Source: Macrostomum lignano
Taxonomy: Eukaryota
Assembly: GCA_002269645.1 (NCBI GenBank)
Contig: NIVC01000975.1
Span: forward strand, 62,001-126,000
Direction of reading: 5' to 3'
Length of the DNA: 64,000 bases
The notes beneath the pieces were generated by a model. The model saw only the letters and a list, made by a program, of their open reading frames with translations, was not told where the DNA came from and ran no database searches. Numbering within the stretch: the first letter of the stretch is position 1; each line of letters begins with the position of its first letter. A program made the translations under genes and the position numbers. This document shows positions 1 through 12,100 of this stretch, one piece after another.

Positions 1-255
1 GCGGCCCGCCTCCACCGAGCCGCTGATTGACACGATCAGCTGACGGGCGGCGTCGTCACTTCGGGAGACTCCATGAGCGCCTCCACCGCCCCTGCCACCA
101 CCACCGCCGTCGTTACAGCTGTCCCTGAAGTTGCAGCCGCCGCTGGCCGATGAGAGCTGAGGCTCGGGAGACAGCGAGCTGAGCTGCCCGCTGCTGGGCT
201 GCTGAACTGCCGGGCTGCTGGAGCCGCTGCTGCTGGTCATTGAGTCCTTCTGAAT
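1..255 (-). CDS. Probable exon of an unidentified gene running off the window start (S/G-rich, low complexity)
   Basis: Minus-strand ctctgtag|att acceptor at 257/256, then 85 stop-free codons to position 1 (IQKDSMTSSSGSSSPAVQQ...). All three plus frames stop early. No recognisable domain. Confidence 0.35.
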   Translation of the reverse strand, partial: MQKDSMTSSSGSSSPAVQQPSSGQLSSLSPEPQLSSASGGCNFRDSCNDGGGGGRGGGGAHGVSRSDDAARQLIVSISGSVEAGR

Positions 256-1138
256 CTACAGAGCTCCCTGCAGAATTCTTTTATCAGGTGACGAAGCTAT
301 CAAAGAGCCGACAGCCGACTGTCTTCCGGACCTGATGCCTCCAATATCCGACTGAGCTGCTATCAATTAAATTTTTTAACAGTCAGTAAATGAAAACAAA
401 ATAATTAAGTTGATGAACTTGCAATCGATCTACAAGCGTATGAGCTCAATCTCACAGAAAGTGCACAGAAGAAACACATTCTTGCTTGGCAGTCTCGGCC
501 ATAGACATCGTTTTTGAACTTTTCCTTGCGTCTTTGATCAGCCTTTAGGAGGAAATTTCCAGGTTTTGCACGTGTTGCTTCAGTGCTTCATTTCCTCTCC
601 TGAGTAGTGTCTTGCATCTGCGCTGAGAGTTGAGCATCGATTTGTTAGCAAGGTGCGAGAGGCTCGCACAAGCGGGAATGGGGTTATATATTCAAGTGTC
701 TGGGACGCCATCGTTGCTAATACTAGCGCTCTCCGATATCGAGTGCTGTTAGAAGGTAACGTTGGCGCAGTTCAACCGGCTTGCTAGAGTCTGCGTCCTC
801 TACTTCCAGTCAGTCTGCCGCTGTCTGATTCCTGGAGAATCACTAAGCTGCTACGTGTTCCTTCGAGTGCCAATTGACCATTGAGATGAGTCCAAAGCTC
901 AAGAATGTTGGAGCGGAGAGGTGAACAGACAGGAGAATCTGGTGTACAGGCTGATAAGTACACAAACTGGCCTGTACCCGGTAAGCATTCGGTAGAGCCG
1001 AGATGGTGCGATCGCTCAGTAGCTTTCGCCATGGCTAACAAGTCCAGCATCAGATTCTTCATCGGAATCACCTGGCTGGTGAGGATCAAGAGGCAGTTCG
1101 AGACTTCAGCAACATGCAGGCCGCGGAATTCACATGTT

Positions 1139-1737
1139 GGGGACCAGCTCAGGAGTATGTTCGCTACATGTGAATCACGGGACCAGCTCAGGAGTATGTT
1201 CGCTACATGTGAATCACGGGGACCAGCTCAGGAGTATGTTCGCTACATGTGAATCACGGGACCAGCTCAGGAGTATGTTCGCTACATGTGAATCACGGGG
1301 ACCAGCTCAGGAGTATGTTCGCTACATGTGAATCACGGGACCAGCTCAGGAGTATGTTCGCTACATGTGAATCACGGGGACCAGCTCAGGAGTATGTTCG
1401 CTACATGTGAATCACGGGGACCAGCTCAGGAGTTTGTTCGCTACATGTGAATCACGGGGACCAGCTCAGGAGTTTGTTCGCTACATGTGAATCACGGGGA
1501 CCAGCTCAGGAGTATGTTCGCTACATGTGAATCACGGGACCAGCTCAGGAGTATGTTCGCTACATGTGAATCACGGGACCAGCTCAGGAGTATGTTCGCT
1601 ACATGTGAATCACGGGGACCAGCTCAGGAGTATGTTCACTACATGTGAATCACGGGGACCAGCTCAGGAGTATGTTCGCTACATGTGAATTACGGGGACC
1701 AGCTCAGGAGTATGTTCGCTACATGTGAATCACGGGA
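1139..1737. repeat. 39-40 bp minisatellite (gggaccagctcaggagtatgttcgctacatgtgaatcac), ~15 copies
   Basis: Near-perfect tandem copies differing mainly in G-run length. Confidence 0.95.
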
Positions 1738-1758
1738 ACTGACATGCCAAGCGTTCTA

Positions 1759-2070
1759 TCACAAAGAAAAACTCTCGACTTGCGCGCCTGTCCGGCCAGT
1801 GACACCAATGCCTGCCGCTTGCTTGTACTTTGGCTTAAGAATCCAAGGGTCAGCACTGGCCGCCAGCAGCAGCCGCAGCAGGTCGTCGGAGCCAGCTCGG
1901 ATGGCCATCTGAATGGCCGTCTGGTCGTCTTCAGCCAGCTGGTCCGCCAGCTGGAGATGGTCTCGCTGAACCGTCATGTACGGCGGGCTGGAGCCGATGT
2001 CAGCAGCTGCTTGGATGAGGCGCTCGGCAGCCCGGCAGTTCCCCAGCGGTCGCGTTGACGTCCCAGCTCC
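1759..2070 (-). CDS. Possible ankyrin-repeat coding exon fragment
   Basis: Frame reads ...DDQTAIQMAIRAGSDDLLRLLLAASADPWIL, resembling the ankyrin consensus TALhxA..g...lv.lLL..gAD. Splice sites are unresolved and a plus-strand ORF (1744-2058) overlaps. Confidence 0.35.
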   Translation of the reverse strand, partial: GAGTSTRPLGNCRAAERLIQAAADIGSSPPYMTVQRDHLQLADQLAEDDQTAIQMAIRAGSDDLLRLLLAASADPWILKPKYKQAAGIGVTGRTGAQVESFSL

Positions 2071-2553
2071 ATCAAATATTTGTGCATTTTACTTCAAGCT
2101 TTACTCACCAGATTTCTGCGACAAGTTGCAGCTAAATTGCGATTGTAGACATATTTTAGGCAAACTATATGTATGAGACGGTATTTATTTTTACGGAACC
2201 TAGTCATTAAATTGGTGCACTTTATTAAATTCTTTTGCTTTTAGATAAGGTACCTGCAGGTGAAACCCTGAGCTCTGAGGCTGGTCACAGGCCGCACATT
2301 CACATCTGCTAGCAAGTGCATTTCAAATATTTGAAACTGGTTTGTCATGGCTGATTAACTTGTGCATTTTGCACTCAAGCAGAGTCTCTTCTGCTCGTTC
2401 AGGCGCAACACCATGCTTAAGATTTTTATCTGTAAAGCTAAAAAAGCTAAAACGGCGCAGACCTGCGATATATTGGGCGTGAAAGTACCCACTTTGACAT
2501 GACAGCCAGTGTTTGCCTCAAGCAATTTCTGCAACATGTTTTGCTGCTTTCAG

Positions 2554-3205
2554 TCCAAAACTCCAAGTAGCGTCGAAAGCCATGGAGACAAAATGGTGAG
2601 AGCTGAGATTGTAACTGAAACCCAGCATCCTTTATCTGCGCATCCCAGCATCCTTGAGCTGCGCATCCCAGCATCCTTGAGCTGCGCATCCCAGCATCCT
2701 TGAGCTGCGCATCCCAGCATCCTTGAGCTGCGCATCCCAGCATCCTTGAGCTGCGCATCCCAGCAACCTTGAGCTGCGCATCCCAGCATCCTTGAGCTGC
2801 CCGTCCCTAAACCTTAAGCTGCCCATCCCAGCATCCTTGAGTGCCCATCCCAAAACTTTAAGCTGTCCATCACAGTGTCATTGAGCTGCCCGTCCCATCC
2901 CGCAGTCCCCAGCCGCCGCCAGAATCTCCAACGCCGCCCTCGCCGAGGACATGCGGCAATGGCAGCAAGCTCAGACGCGGATCAACGACTTCCTGCGTCA
3001 GAGACGGACTCAGGCGGCCTCTGATGACGACGCGTTGTACGCGAATATCGGCGAGAGGTCGATAAGCGGACCAGAGGAGGCGTCCGTGGGCAGCTCAAGA
3101 GTCGAGCGTGATGGCGAAGACGGCGAGGTGGCGACACACGCAGCGTCGGATCCCGAACAGTGCGAAGCTGTGTATGTTGTCAGTGCCAGTGCTGACAGTG
3201 ACTGA
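2554..3205 (+). CDS. Last two exons (2554-2595, 2906-3205) of an unidentified gene
   Basis: tttcag|TCC...ATG|gtgaga and cccgcag|TCC joins are both phase 0, and the frame continues into ORF 2951-3205 and its stop. The intron is filled by a 23-bp array, as in the other genes here. Confidence 0.45.
2634..2872. repeat. 23-bp minisatellite (gcatcccagcatccttgagctgc)
   Basis: Tandem copies seen directly. Confidence 0.9.
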
Positions 3206-3992
3206 CTGACTGACTGACAGACAGACAGACAGACAGACGGACTTACTATTTTTTAGAACGAAAAGCTTAATGAATGTCAATATAGATCGCTATAAGAAAT
3301 TAAGGCAAAACATACGAGTATCAAAAGATGAACAATGGGTCATTGGGATGAAAAAGTGTATTTTTTCGAAACAACCTACCCCTAAAATTTGTCAAGAAAC
3401 GAGGTTTTCCATCCTTTTTCTTGAGTAGTCCTTAAATTTTAAGGACTTACCTGTAACTCGTCATTTTTAATCACTTGCATGTCAAGTCGTCATTTTTAGT
3501 CACTCATGCGTCACCCACAAAACAATCACCTGCTATTCATCAGCCTCAATTACGGGTCAGGGACAGCTGAACGCACATGGAGAACACAGTTAACCCAGGG
3601 ATCAGGAGGAAACGCGCTGTTGTTTCATTTACTTTGTTTTCATGTGTACCAATGCGTATCAGTCAGTCCGGTACTTTATGGCATTATAACAGGCTGAAAG
3701 ATAAATACAAGCCATTTTACCTAAAATCCACCAGAAACTGGTAAAGAGTAAAAGAAATACTGTAGAAATAGTAGTTTTTGTAGTGATAAACGGCCTATGG
3801 ATTCTTTATTTTTAAATATTTTTTCTATGAAATGTTTCTAAGAACTCGAACAGTTTATTGGGCGTGGTGCGACGACCACCAGTCAACTAAAAGCACAATT
3901 TCTATATTGTGACGAAAATTGAGACGTGTAACGATGGGTCGACAACTAGGGCTTACAATGACATCAGAGGGTGCTGCTCTTGGTCCTTGGAT

Positions 3993-4204
3993 GCAGGTGC
4001 GGATCCAGGGGGTGGCCATGGGGACCATGCCCCCTCGCCGTCTCGCCCTCAGCTGTGGCCAAAAAAATTGGGTTGGGTCACACTTTTTGGGCCTGCCTGG
4101 CTGCCTGCAAATATGCCAAGTCTGTTTTCCAATATTGGGTTGTAGTGCTCATTGCTTAGTATAGCTTGCCTCCCCCGTCAAAAAATCCTGGATCCTGCAC
4201 CTGC
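3993..4204. mobile_element. MITE-like element, TIR GCAGGTGCGGATCCAGG
   Basis: gcaggtgcggatccagg at 3993 and cctggatcc(t)gcacctgc ending at 4204. No clear TSD. Confidence 0.6.
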
Positions 4205-4928
4205 TTGCAAGTTGGATGCTTTTTAGCCTTTCTATATATTTCTAGACCGGTTGGAACTTGGTTGTATTGTAAGGTTTTTAACACTTATTATAGGCCTAAG
4301 TCTAGTCTAGTCTAGGCATTAGCTCAATTTTAATAAAATTAGGAACAAACATGTATTCAAATGTGGTTATGTTTTTAGAAGAAAGACATACATTGTCAAA
4401 ATTTAATACTTACACGGTTTACACCTTTACATTTAATTTAGGGCCTAACTTTAAGCACTCACTGACACAAGGCCAAGTACTTTGGAATGAGTAGCTAGCT
4501 TGCCTTGCTTTAACTAAAACCTTTTAGTTTAGAGCACTGTGTGACTTTAGTTTTGAAATAGTTAGGCCTATATAATTACAAAAGGTATTCTTTAAGTAGG
4601 CATCCCCATTGCCATTGGCATTGCATAGGCCTAGCCAATAGGGTATCTAGTCAATCTAGCAACAGACAATCTGGTGACAGTTAATTTAGTGACTGTCAAT
4701 CTGGCAATGAGGTGTAATATGGGTAAAAGCTATTTAATTAGCTATTTAGCATTTACACAGATTATTAGATCTAATTAAAGCTATACAATTTATTATTCTT
4801 ATTTTTAATATTATTAAATTTTGTAAATGTTTATCTATGTAGAATTTGTTAAACTAAATAGAATAGTTACAACCATATGTTGCATTCTATATTTTGCAGA
4901 CTATAATATATATGCATATAAGTGGCAA

Positions 4929-5226
4929 CATACATGCGCAACCTCTGAAATTCGGTCGGCCATGCGACTTAGTTTTAACAAAAATGCGACGTAGTTTTTG
5001 GCCAAAAATGCGACTTACATGTAAAAAAACCCTAAAGCAAAATTAACGCAACTTTGGGTAAACGGCAGGAGTAACTATGACTGTCTTACCAAGCCAAAAT
5101 GCCTCGTCAGCTACTTAGTACTACTACTTGATTATTTTTTCGGGTGGGCATTTTTGCGACTTCCTTGGTTGGCCGCCAAATCGGTCGGCCGGATCGGCCG
5201 ACTCGGCCGACTGTTGCGCATGTATG
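4929..5226. mobile_element. Non-autonomous hAT-type MITE
   Basis: Perfect 14-bp TIRs CATACATGCGCAAC/GTTGCGCATGTATG with a perfect 8-bp TSD AGTGGCAA (4921-4928, 5227-5234). An 8-bp TSD is typical of hAT. Confidence 0.85.
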
Positions 5227-5764
5227 AGTGGCAATGCAACTAGCAAATTGATTAGAAAAAATGGCTCAAATAATTTTCTCCAAACTTATATTATTTGATC
5301 AGAAATTTTCCTGGGACAATACATGTATCTTGGCTAAGAAATTGCTTAATGTTAAAGGGATTAAATATTCAAAAAACATGTTTTTATAAGAATGCTAGAG
5401 GCAAAACTGACTAGCTGAATTCCAATTCTGATAATTATTGCATCACAAAAAGTTGAAAACAATGTCAGAAAAGCACACAAGACTTGACTGACATTGCGTA
5501 ACCATATTGCTAACTTAAATTTAGACTGATACTGGTTGACTATAAAATTGATTATGTCATAACTTTTTACTCTAACTGACTTGCTGTAAGAATTGAATTA
5601 TAAGGGCAACAGTTCATGATCTCCAATTGAAAAGAGATAGCTTGGATGCAAACAGACTGGACTACTAATGTAGCGACCTGGGTTTGAATCTTAGTAGTGC
5701 AAAATAATTTTTTATTACAACACCTTAAAAGCAAAGGGTGTTGTAATTAATTACAGTCAAATAT

Positions 5765-6085
5765 TAAAGAGCCACCATGTCAAACATAAAAGAGCCACCA
5801 TGCCAAACATTAAAGAGCCACCATGTCAAACCTAAAAGAGCCACCATGTCAGACATAAAAGAGCCACCATGTCAAACATAAAAGAGCCACCATGTAAAAC
5901 ATTAAAGAGCCACCATGTCAAACATAAAAGAGCCACTATGTAAAATGTAAAAGTGACTCTATGTCTAACATAAGAGAGCTACCATGCCAAACAAAAAGAG
6001 CCACCATGTCAAACATAAAAGAGCCACCATGTCAAATATTAAAGAGCCACCATGTCAAATATTAAAGAGCCACCATGTCAAACAT
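5765..6085. repeat. ~23-bp minisatellite (taaaagagccaccatgtcaaaca)
   Basis: Tandem copies seen directly. Confidence 0.9.
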
Positions 6086-6373
6086 AGGCAATGGCTAGAG
6101 TTCCGGCACCAGCCATTTCCTAAGGACTATGGATCTGGCAGTGGTATTCTAGTAGTGCAATTTATGGGTATAATATGGCAGAAACATTTTACTTTTTTTA
6201 AAGGTTGGTTGATATAGAGATTTTGTTCAAGATAAGATCAAAACAAAATGATAAGATTCAAAACAAGATTCTAATGTTCAAAGACTTTATTAGTAGATAA
6301 CTGCCTACTGAAGACTGCTAGATGCATAGCCCTTAGAAAATGGGTTCCGCTGCCAGAACTCTAGCCATTGCCT
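6086..6373. mobile_element. MITE with 23-bp TIRs inserted at the end of a minisatellite
   Basis: aggcaatggctagagttccggca / tgccagaactctagccattgcct (1 mismatch), flanked by direct repeat CAAACAT (6079-6085, 6374-6380). Confidence 0.8.
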
Positions 6374-9140
6374 CAAACATATGTCAACATGTCAGCTATC
6401 CGGTATATACTTGCTATCTAGGGGATGCTTGCTATCTGGGGGATGCTTGCTGTCTTGGGATGTTTTTTTAGAGGGTATGTCTATTGTCTTTGTGAAGGCT
6501 TTATTTTACTGTCTTTTTGTTACTTGTAGATAGAGAACAGAGATTCTATCTAGATCTCCCCCATTGGGGGGCAAAGATTGCTAGTATATATTCTTAATAG
6601 GAAAAAGAATCTTAATGATTAATTGCTTAAAGGCTCTTATTTATTTTTATAGTTCACATGTAACAACAAATATATGCATAAATTTAATATGCATATTAAC
6701 GTCCAATTTATATAGGATTGTATCATAATAAGCAGCTTTAGTCATAATAATAACTTTGAAGATAAAATTTAATTACTATAGTAACCTACATTGCGATTGT
6801 ATGATGCATCTTAGATACTATATACATGTATAAAACATTAGATATAGTCCTAAAATCCATTAAATCTACAAACATTTATTGCAAGATTGTCTGTTGTTGG
6901 ATTGTCTTGTTACCAAATTGACTAAAAGCTGCCAATTGTAGATATGTTAATTATCTGGGGAATTTTCTTAGCAAGGACCCTAGGAAATTTATTGTTATTC
7001 CCTGAGGATCTCAAAAAAGCAAAAATAAGTAAAAATGGTAGAAAGCTTTATTTTAAAAGGCATTGCAAGTTTGAATTGCAATAATAATAATATTATCAAT
7101 AGAAAACTTTAACAATATTTATTTTACAATATATTAGAAAATGTGATATTACCAAATTGTGTATATATCTTTGTCAGAAAGAGTCCAGATGCAAAAATGC
7201 ATACTCAGCAGCTATATTTGTGGGAAATTATATCTCAACTGGATAGTAAAAGCAATCAGCAATAAAAAGTAAGCAATGAGTCAATAAAAGGTTCTATTTG
7301 GTATAACAGATTGATATTATATGCTATAGGCGTAAAGCCTGATATGATCTATTATAGCCTGATACTATCAATTACAACCTAATGCTATCTATTAGGCCCT
7401 ACTATTAGCTACTACTATCTGCTTCCTACATGGTGCCATCTGTTGATCTATTTTGGCTTCAATAGTTATTTGCTACTTCTTTTGCTTTGTTTATTGCTTG
7501 CTGCCTTCTAGCTGTCTTTTGTTTTCTGTTGTAGTCTATTGCCTTATGGTACCTTCTATAGAAATCAGAGATTCAGAAGAATAGTTATTCAACCTGGGAC
7601 CTTGTGTTTTTCAATGGTATTCTATTTGCTTTTTATATTCTTTTTTGTCATTTTGAGGCAAAAGTTTTTGTCCTATCTTGGTAAAATACCTATGTTAACA
7701 CATGTTATTAGAAAGGGCCATGTTTAAATTAATATGTGGGTAAAAGTAGAGGCAAAATTAAAAACCTACTGTTTGCAACAGATTCCATGATAGTTTTTTG
7801 CAGTAAAGGAGTGATGCTAGCAATGAAATGTATCAGTCCTATTAATAGAAAATGTATTTTGAATATTACAAAATTTTTTTTACAATGAATTTTTCTATTG
7901 AAAAAATAATGCTATAGTAAGTATTTTTATTGCTCTTTCAGACTCACTAGAGGCTTACTTACTAGAGTTCTTGCCTTTATATATAGCCATCTTTACACTA
8001 TAGCCCTAACCCAAATCCACTTTATATGCCAGAAAAAGCTATGCTCTGTGCTTAACATCCTGTGTTCAACATGCTCAAAATTCTTAGAGCAAAGCAAGAT
8101 TATATAGTAGTATAATTCATTTTTATTTATTTATTAACTATAATTTATTTTTAAATCTTTATTTCAGACAATTGTTTGATAAAATATACAGAGTATTGTC
8201 TGAAGAATTTTTTGAGAAAAAGGTCTAGATACTACTACATTAGTAGTAGTCAAACAAACACATTTTAAATTTTGCTAGCTATATTTGTTTGTATTGGTCA
8301 GTGCAATTCTAATGATAAGTGCTACATTTTGGGTTCAATTCTATAAAAACAATGCATTTTAGAGTTCATTAAAGGTAATCTAGTTGGTTAAGAAAAAAAT
8401 AGGATATGAATCTTTTCAAAGAATTTTTTAAACTAGAAATCAGGGTATGCCAAATCTATAGCTTAGCACTCATTTTCAGACCAATTAAGGCTGTTCTGCA
8501 GTCCATTCATATTATCGAACCTTGGATATACTTAGTTTTTTAAATAATAATTATCATAAGCTTGTTGGTCATTTTATTAGCTGAATATAAAAATTTTAAT
8601 TTGCACTTTATATTAAAAACCTTTTCTGACCCACAGAAGTTTCAAGTTTGTAGACTCTATGTGTACAGATTATTTAATTGTCATCATGTGACCTTTGTTT
8701 TGTAATTCTATCAGCCCCTAATAGTCATCATTAAATAGGCTGTTTGCAAGATGAAATAGATCCTTAACTTTTTGCCAACTAAATGAAAATTAGTTCATTT
8801 CAGCTAAACCAAAGACACAGGAACTGACCTATCAGCCTTAACTGGTCCGAAAATGAAGGTTTAGGGGTTAGATTTGGGTATTGCAGGTCGCAGTTGTAGA
8901 ATTTCATGGCCTAGGCGTATGCCCTAATTAATTATTAATGCATATCTTGGAGCTTGTCAGTGAGCAAGACTCAAGGGATAGAGACAGTAGAAATAAGAGA
9001 GTGAGGTAATCACGTGATTGTCATCTAATAAATAATTAATTAGGCTTCAGGTTTATATTCTTTCTCTAAGGTTTGAGTTTCTAGGCATAGCTTCAAAGAT
9101 TGCTGGGCACTGTTAACAGATTGCAAGAATCAAAGCGACT

Positions 9141-12100
9141 ATGAATATTATCTCTTCTGCTAAAAGAAAGTCAAAGCTGGCTGCTTCAACTTCAACTATG
9201 GGACTGAGAGCTGGCGGCGGCCACAGCCAGCCTTCGCCCTCTGTAGCGTCCAACAATCCTTTGGTGCAAGAGATTCAGAGCTACTTGGAGAGCGGATTCT
9301 CCCAGGCTGACAGAGTGCTAATCACCAGCATTCTCAGTCAGTACCAGCGCGATCGGGATGTGCCAACCCTGGTCCATCGGCTGGGTCCTTACATAAGCGA
9401 GCGGCCAGAGCTGGTGCCTCTGCTGACCACAGCTCTGCCTCGTGGCGATCAGAAACGATTCAGGCACCTGTGCGAGAATCAGGACTTTCTACCTTTGATG
9501 AGGCCGGCTTCGCAGCAGGAGGATGGACAGAAAAAGCAGCAAAAGAAGAATCGTGCTAGCAGCCGCAGCAGCCTGGGTGGCAGAGGTAAGACTTGCTTTC
9601 TTATATCATGAAGTTTACGTTGCTTTATAATTCAATCACATCTACAGAGTAGCTATAATGTCTACAGAATAGAACTCTATCACATCTACAGAGTAGCTAT
9701 AATGTCTACAGAATAGAGCTCTATCACATCTACAGAGTATGTAGCTATAATGTCTACAGAATAGAGCTCTATCACATCTACAGAATAGCTATCACATCTA
9801 CAGAGTAGCTATCACATCTACAGAGTAGCTATCACATCTACAGAACAGCTATCGTATCTACAGTATCTAATCACTAAGCTGCCACAATGTCAACCTCTTA
9901 CAGCCAGCGCCCCGGGACCCGCCAGCAACGGCTCCACAGCCCAGTCGCGCCCAATACGCGGCGTCGAGCTGGCGCCAAACGAGCGCCAAGGCTTCGGCTT
10001 CTCGTTGCGCGGCGGCACCGAGCACGGAGTCGGCCTCTATGTGTCTGCCGTTGTTGAGGACTCCGAGGCCGACAGGCGCGGGCTGCGGGTCGGCGACGAG
10101 CTGGTCGGCGTTGGCGACACTTCGGCTGCGGGACTCGCGCATGGGGAAGCGGTAGCTGTAAGTAAATGGGGATTTGTTTAGTTGGGGATGCCTTAGTCTT
10201 GGGGAATGATGGGACTCGGTTCCTAGTGCTTGTCCTTGTTATCTCCCTCTCCTCTGCTCCCTCTCCTCTCTCTTCCCCTCCTCCCCTCCTCCCCTCTTCC
10301 CCTCTTCCCCTCTTTCCCTCTCTCTTCCCCTCCTTCCCTCTTCCCCTCCGTCTTCCCCTCTCTCTTCCCCTCCCTCTTCCCCTCTCTCTTCCCCTCTCTC
10401 TTCCCCTCTCTCTTCCCCTCCCTCTTCCCCTCTCTCTTCCCCTCTCTCTTCCCCTCTCTCTTCCCCTCTCTCTTCCCCTCTCTCTTCCCTCCCTCTTCCC
10501 CTCTCTCTTCCCCTCTCTCTTCCCCTCTCTCTTCCCCTCTCTCTTCCCCTCTCTCTTCCCCTCTCTCTTCCCCTCCCTCTTCCCCTCTCTCTTCCCCTCT
10601 CTCTTCCCCTCTCTCTTCCCCTCTCTCTTCCCCTCTCTCTTCCCCTCTCTCTTCCCCTCTCTCTTCCCCTCTCTCTTCCCCTCTTCCCATCTTCCCCTCT
10701 TCCCCTCTTCCCATCTTCCCCTCTTCCCATCTTCCCCTCTTCCCCTCTTCCCATCTTCCCCTCTTCCCATTTTCCCCTCTTCCCCTCTTCCCATCTTCCC
10801 CTCTTCCCCTCTTCCCATCTTCCCATCTTCCCCTCTTCCCCTCTTCCCATCTTCCCCTCTTCCCCTCTTCCCATCTTCCCCTCTTCCCCTCTATCTTCCC
10901 ATCTCTTCCCCTGTTCCCCTGTCTTCCCCTCTCTCCTCTTCCCCTTTACCCTTTCTTTTCTTCCCCTCTATCATCTTCCCCGTGTATTTCGATATACAAT
11001 AATTGCTTCCATTAATAACTGTCTACCGATATCGGTTTTACTTCTTCATAAAGTGCCAATATTAGCACTCCCAATAACGATACGAGATAAATAATTTCTA
11101 CTATGTTCAGCGGAGGCAGCAGTTGTATTTTACAATGCGGCTCTACAAACTGATAAGCCAGCTGAAAAATAGTCGGTCGCCATAAAACCGAAAATCTTCC
11201 TGGCAAATGTTTAATTTCAGATAAGAATTACTGTGTTCTCAGTAGATATAGAAGGCGTTTGCTTGCCTCTAGCTAAATCTGCATATTTAATTAGCGTGTG
11301 AAACTAATTTTATTTAAATAAAAATTAGTTATTAATTGCGTACACACAACAGCGAAGCCATAACAATTTGTTTTAGCTAATTAAATCTGCTCAAAAGTCC
11401 GGTCGACCTCTTCGTTTGGCGCTCCGATCGCCGGCCTCACCTAGCAGGCCGTACCTGCCCGGCGACTCGTCCGGCCTGCGCCAGTTCTCCTGGGTTGACG
11501 CCCAGGGCCGGCCCGTCAGCCCGCCCGCGCCGCTGCCTCTGCATGCCGATGCTGCTGGACCGCCGGTTAAGCAGCTTCTGGTTCAAGGCCAACCTCTGGG
11601 CGTGTCTGTCCGCGGCGGAGCGGATTATGGTTTAGGGATTTTTGTTAGCGCTGTGGATCCCTTCTCTGCGGCTGAACAGGTTTGGGATAAGGAATTTGTT
11701 GTGCTTTTTCCCTTCTTAGTATGCTTTTACATACCCCCTCTCAGCCCTCTGTTATCCTCTCTCTCTCTCTGATCCCTGTTATCCCTTTCTCCACCCCCTG
11801 TTATCCCCTCTCCGCCCCTGTTATCCCTTCCCTGCCCCTCTAATCCCCTCTCTCTCCGCCCCTGTTATCCCCTCCCTGCACCTCTAATCCACCTCTCTCT
11901 CCGCCCCTGTTATCCCTTCCCTGCCCCTCTAATCCACCTCTCTCTCCGCCCCTGTTATCCCCTCCCTGCCCCTCTAATCCCCTCTCTCTCCGCCCCTGTT
12001 ATCCCCTCCCTGCACCTCTAATCCACCTCTCTCTCCGCCCCTGTTATCCCCTCCCTGCCCCTCTAATCCACCTCTCTCTCCGCCCCTGTTATCCCTTCCT

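Noticed and set aside
784-1120. Minus ORF with IPMKNLMLDLL, reminiscent of a nuclear receptor AF-2 helix
   Set aside because: One short motif only, with no supporting ligand-binding domain sequence or clear splice sites.
1139-1737. Regular 39-40 bp array resembling a CRISPR
   Set aside because: No unique spacers, no cas genes and a eukaryotic context. The same applies to the other arrays.
9008-9019. 12-bp palindromic E-box aatcacgtgatt upstream of whirlin
   Set aside because: A single short motif with no way to show function from sequence alone.
9898-11015. Long ORFs on both strands (206-306 aa class; REGK, LFPS repeats)
   Set aside because: Translations of the intronic C/T satellite. The true whirlin exon 2 (9904-10157) is in a frame not listed in the ORF track.
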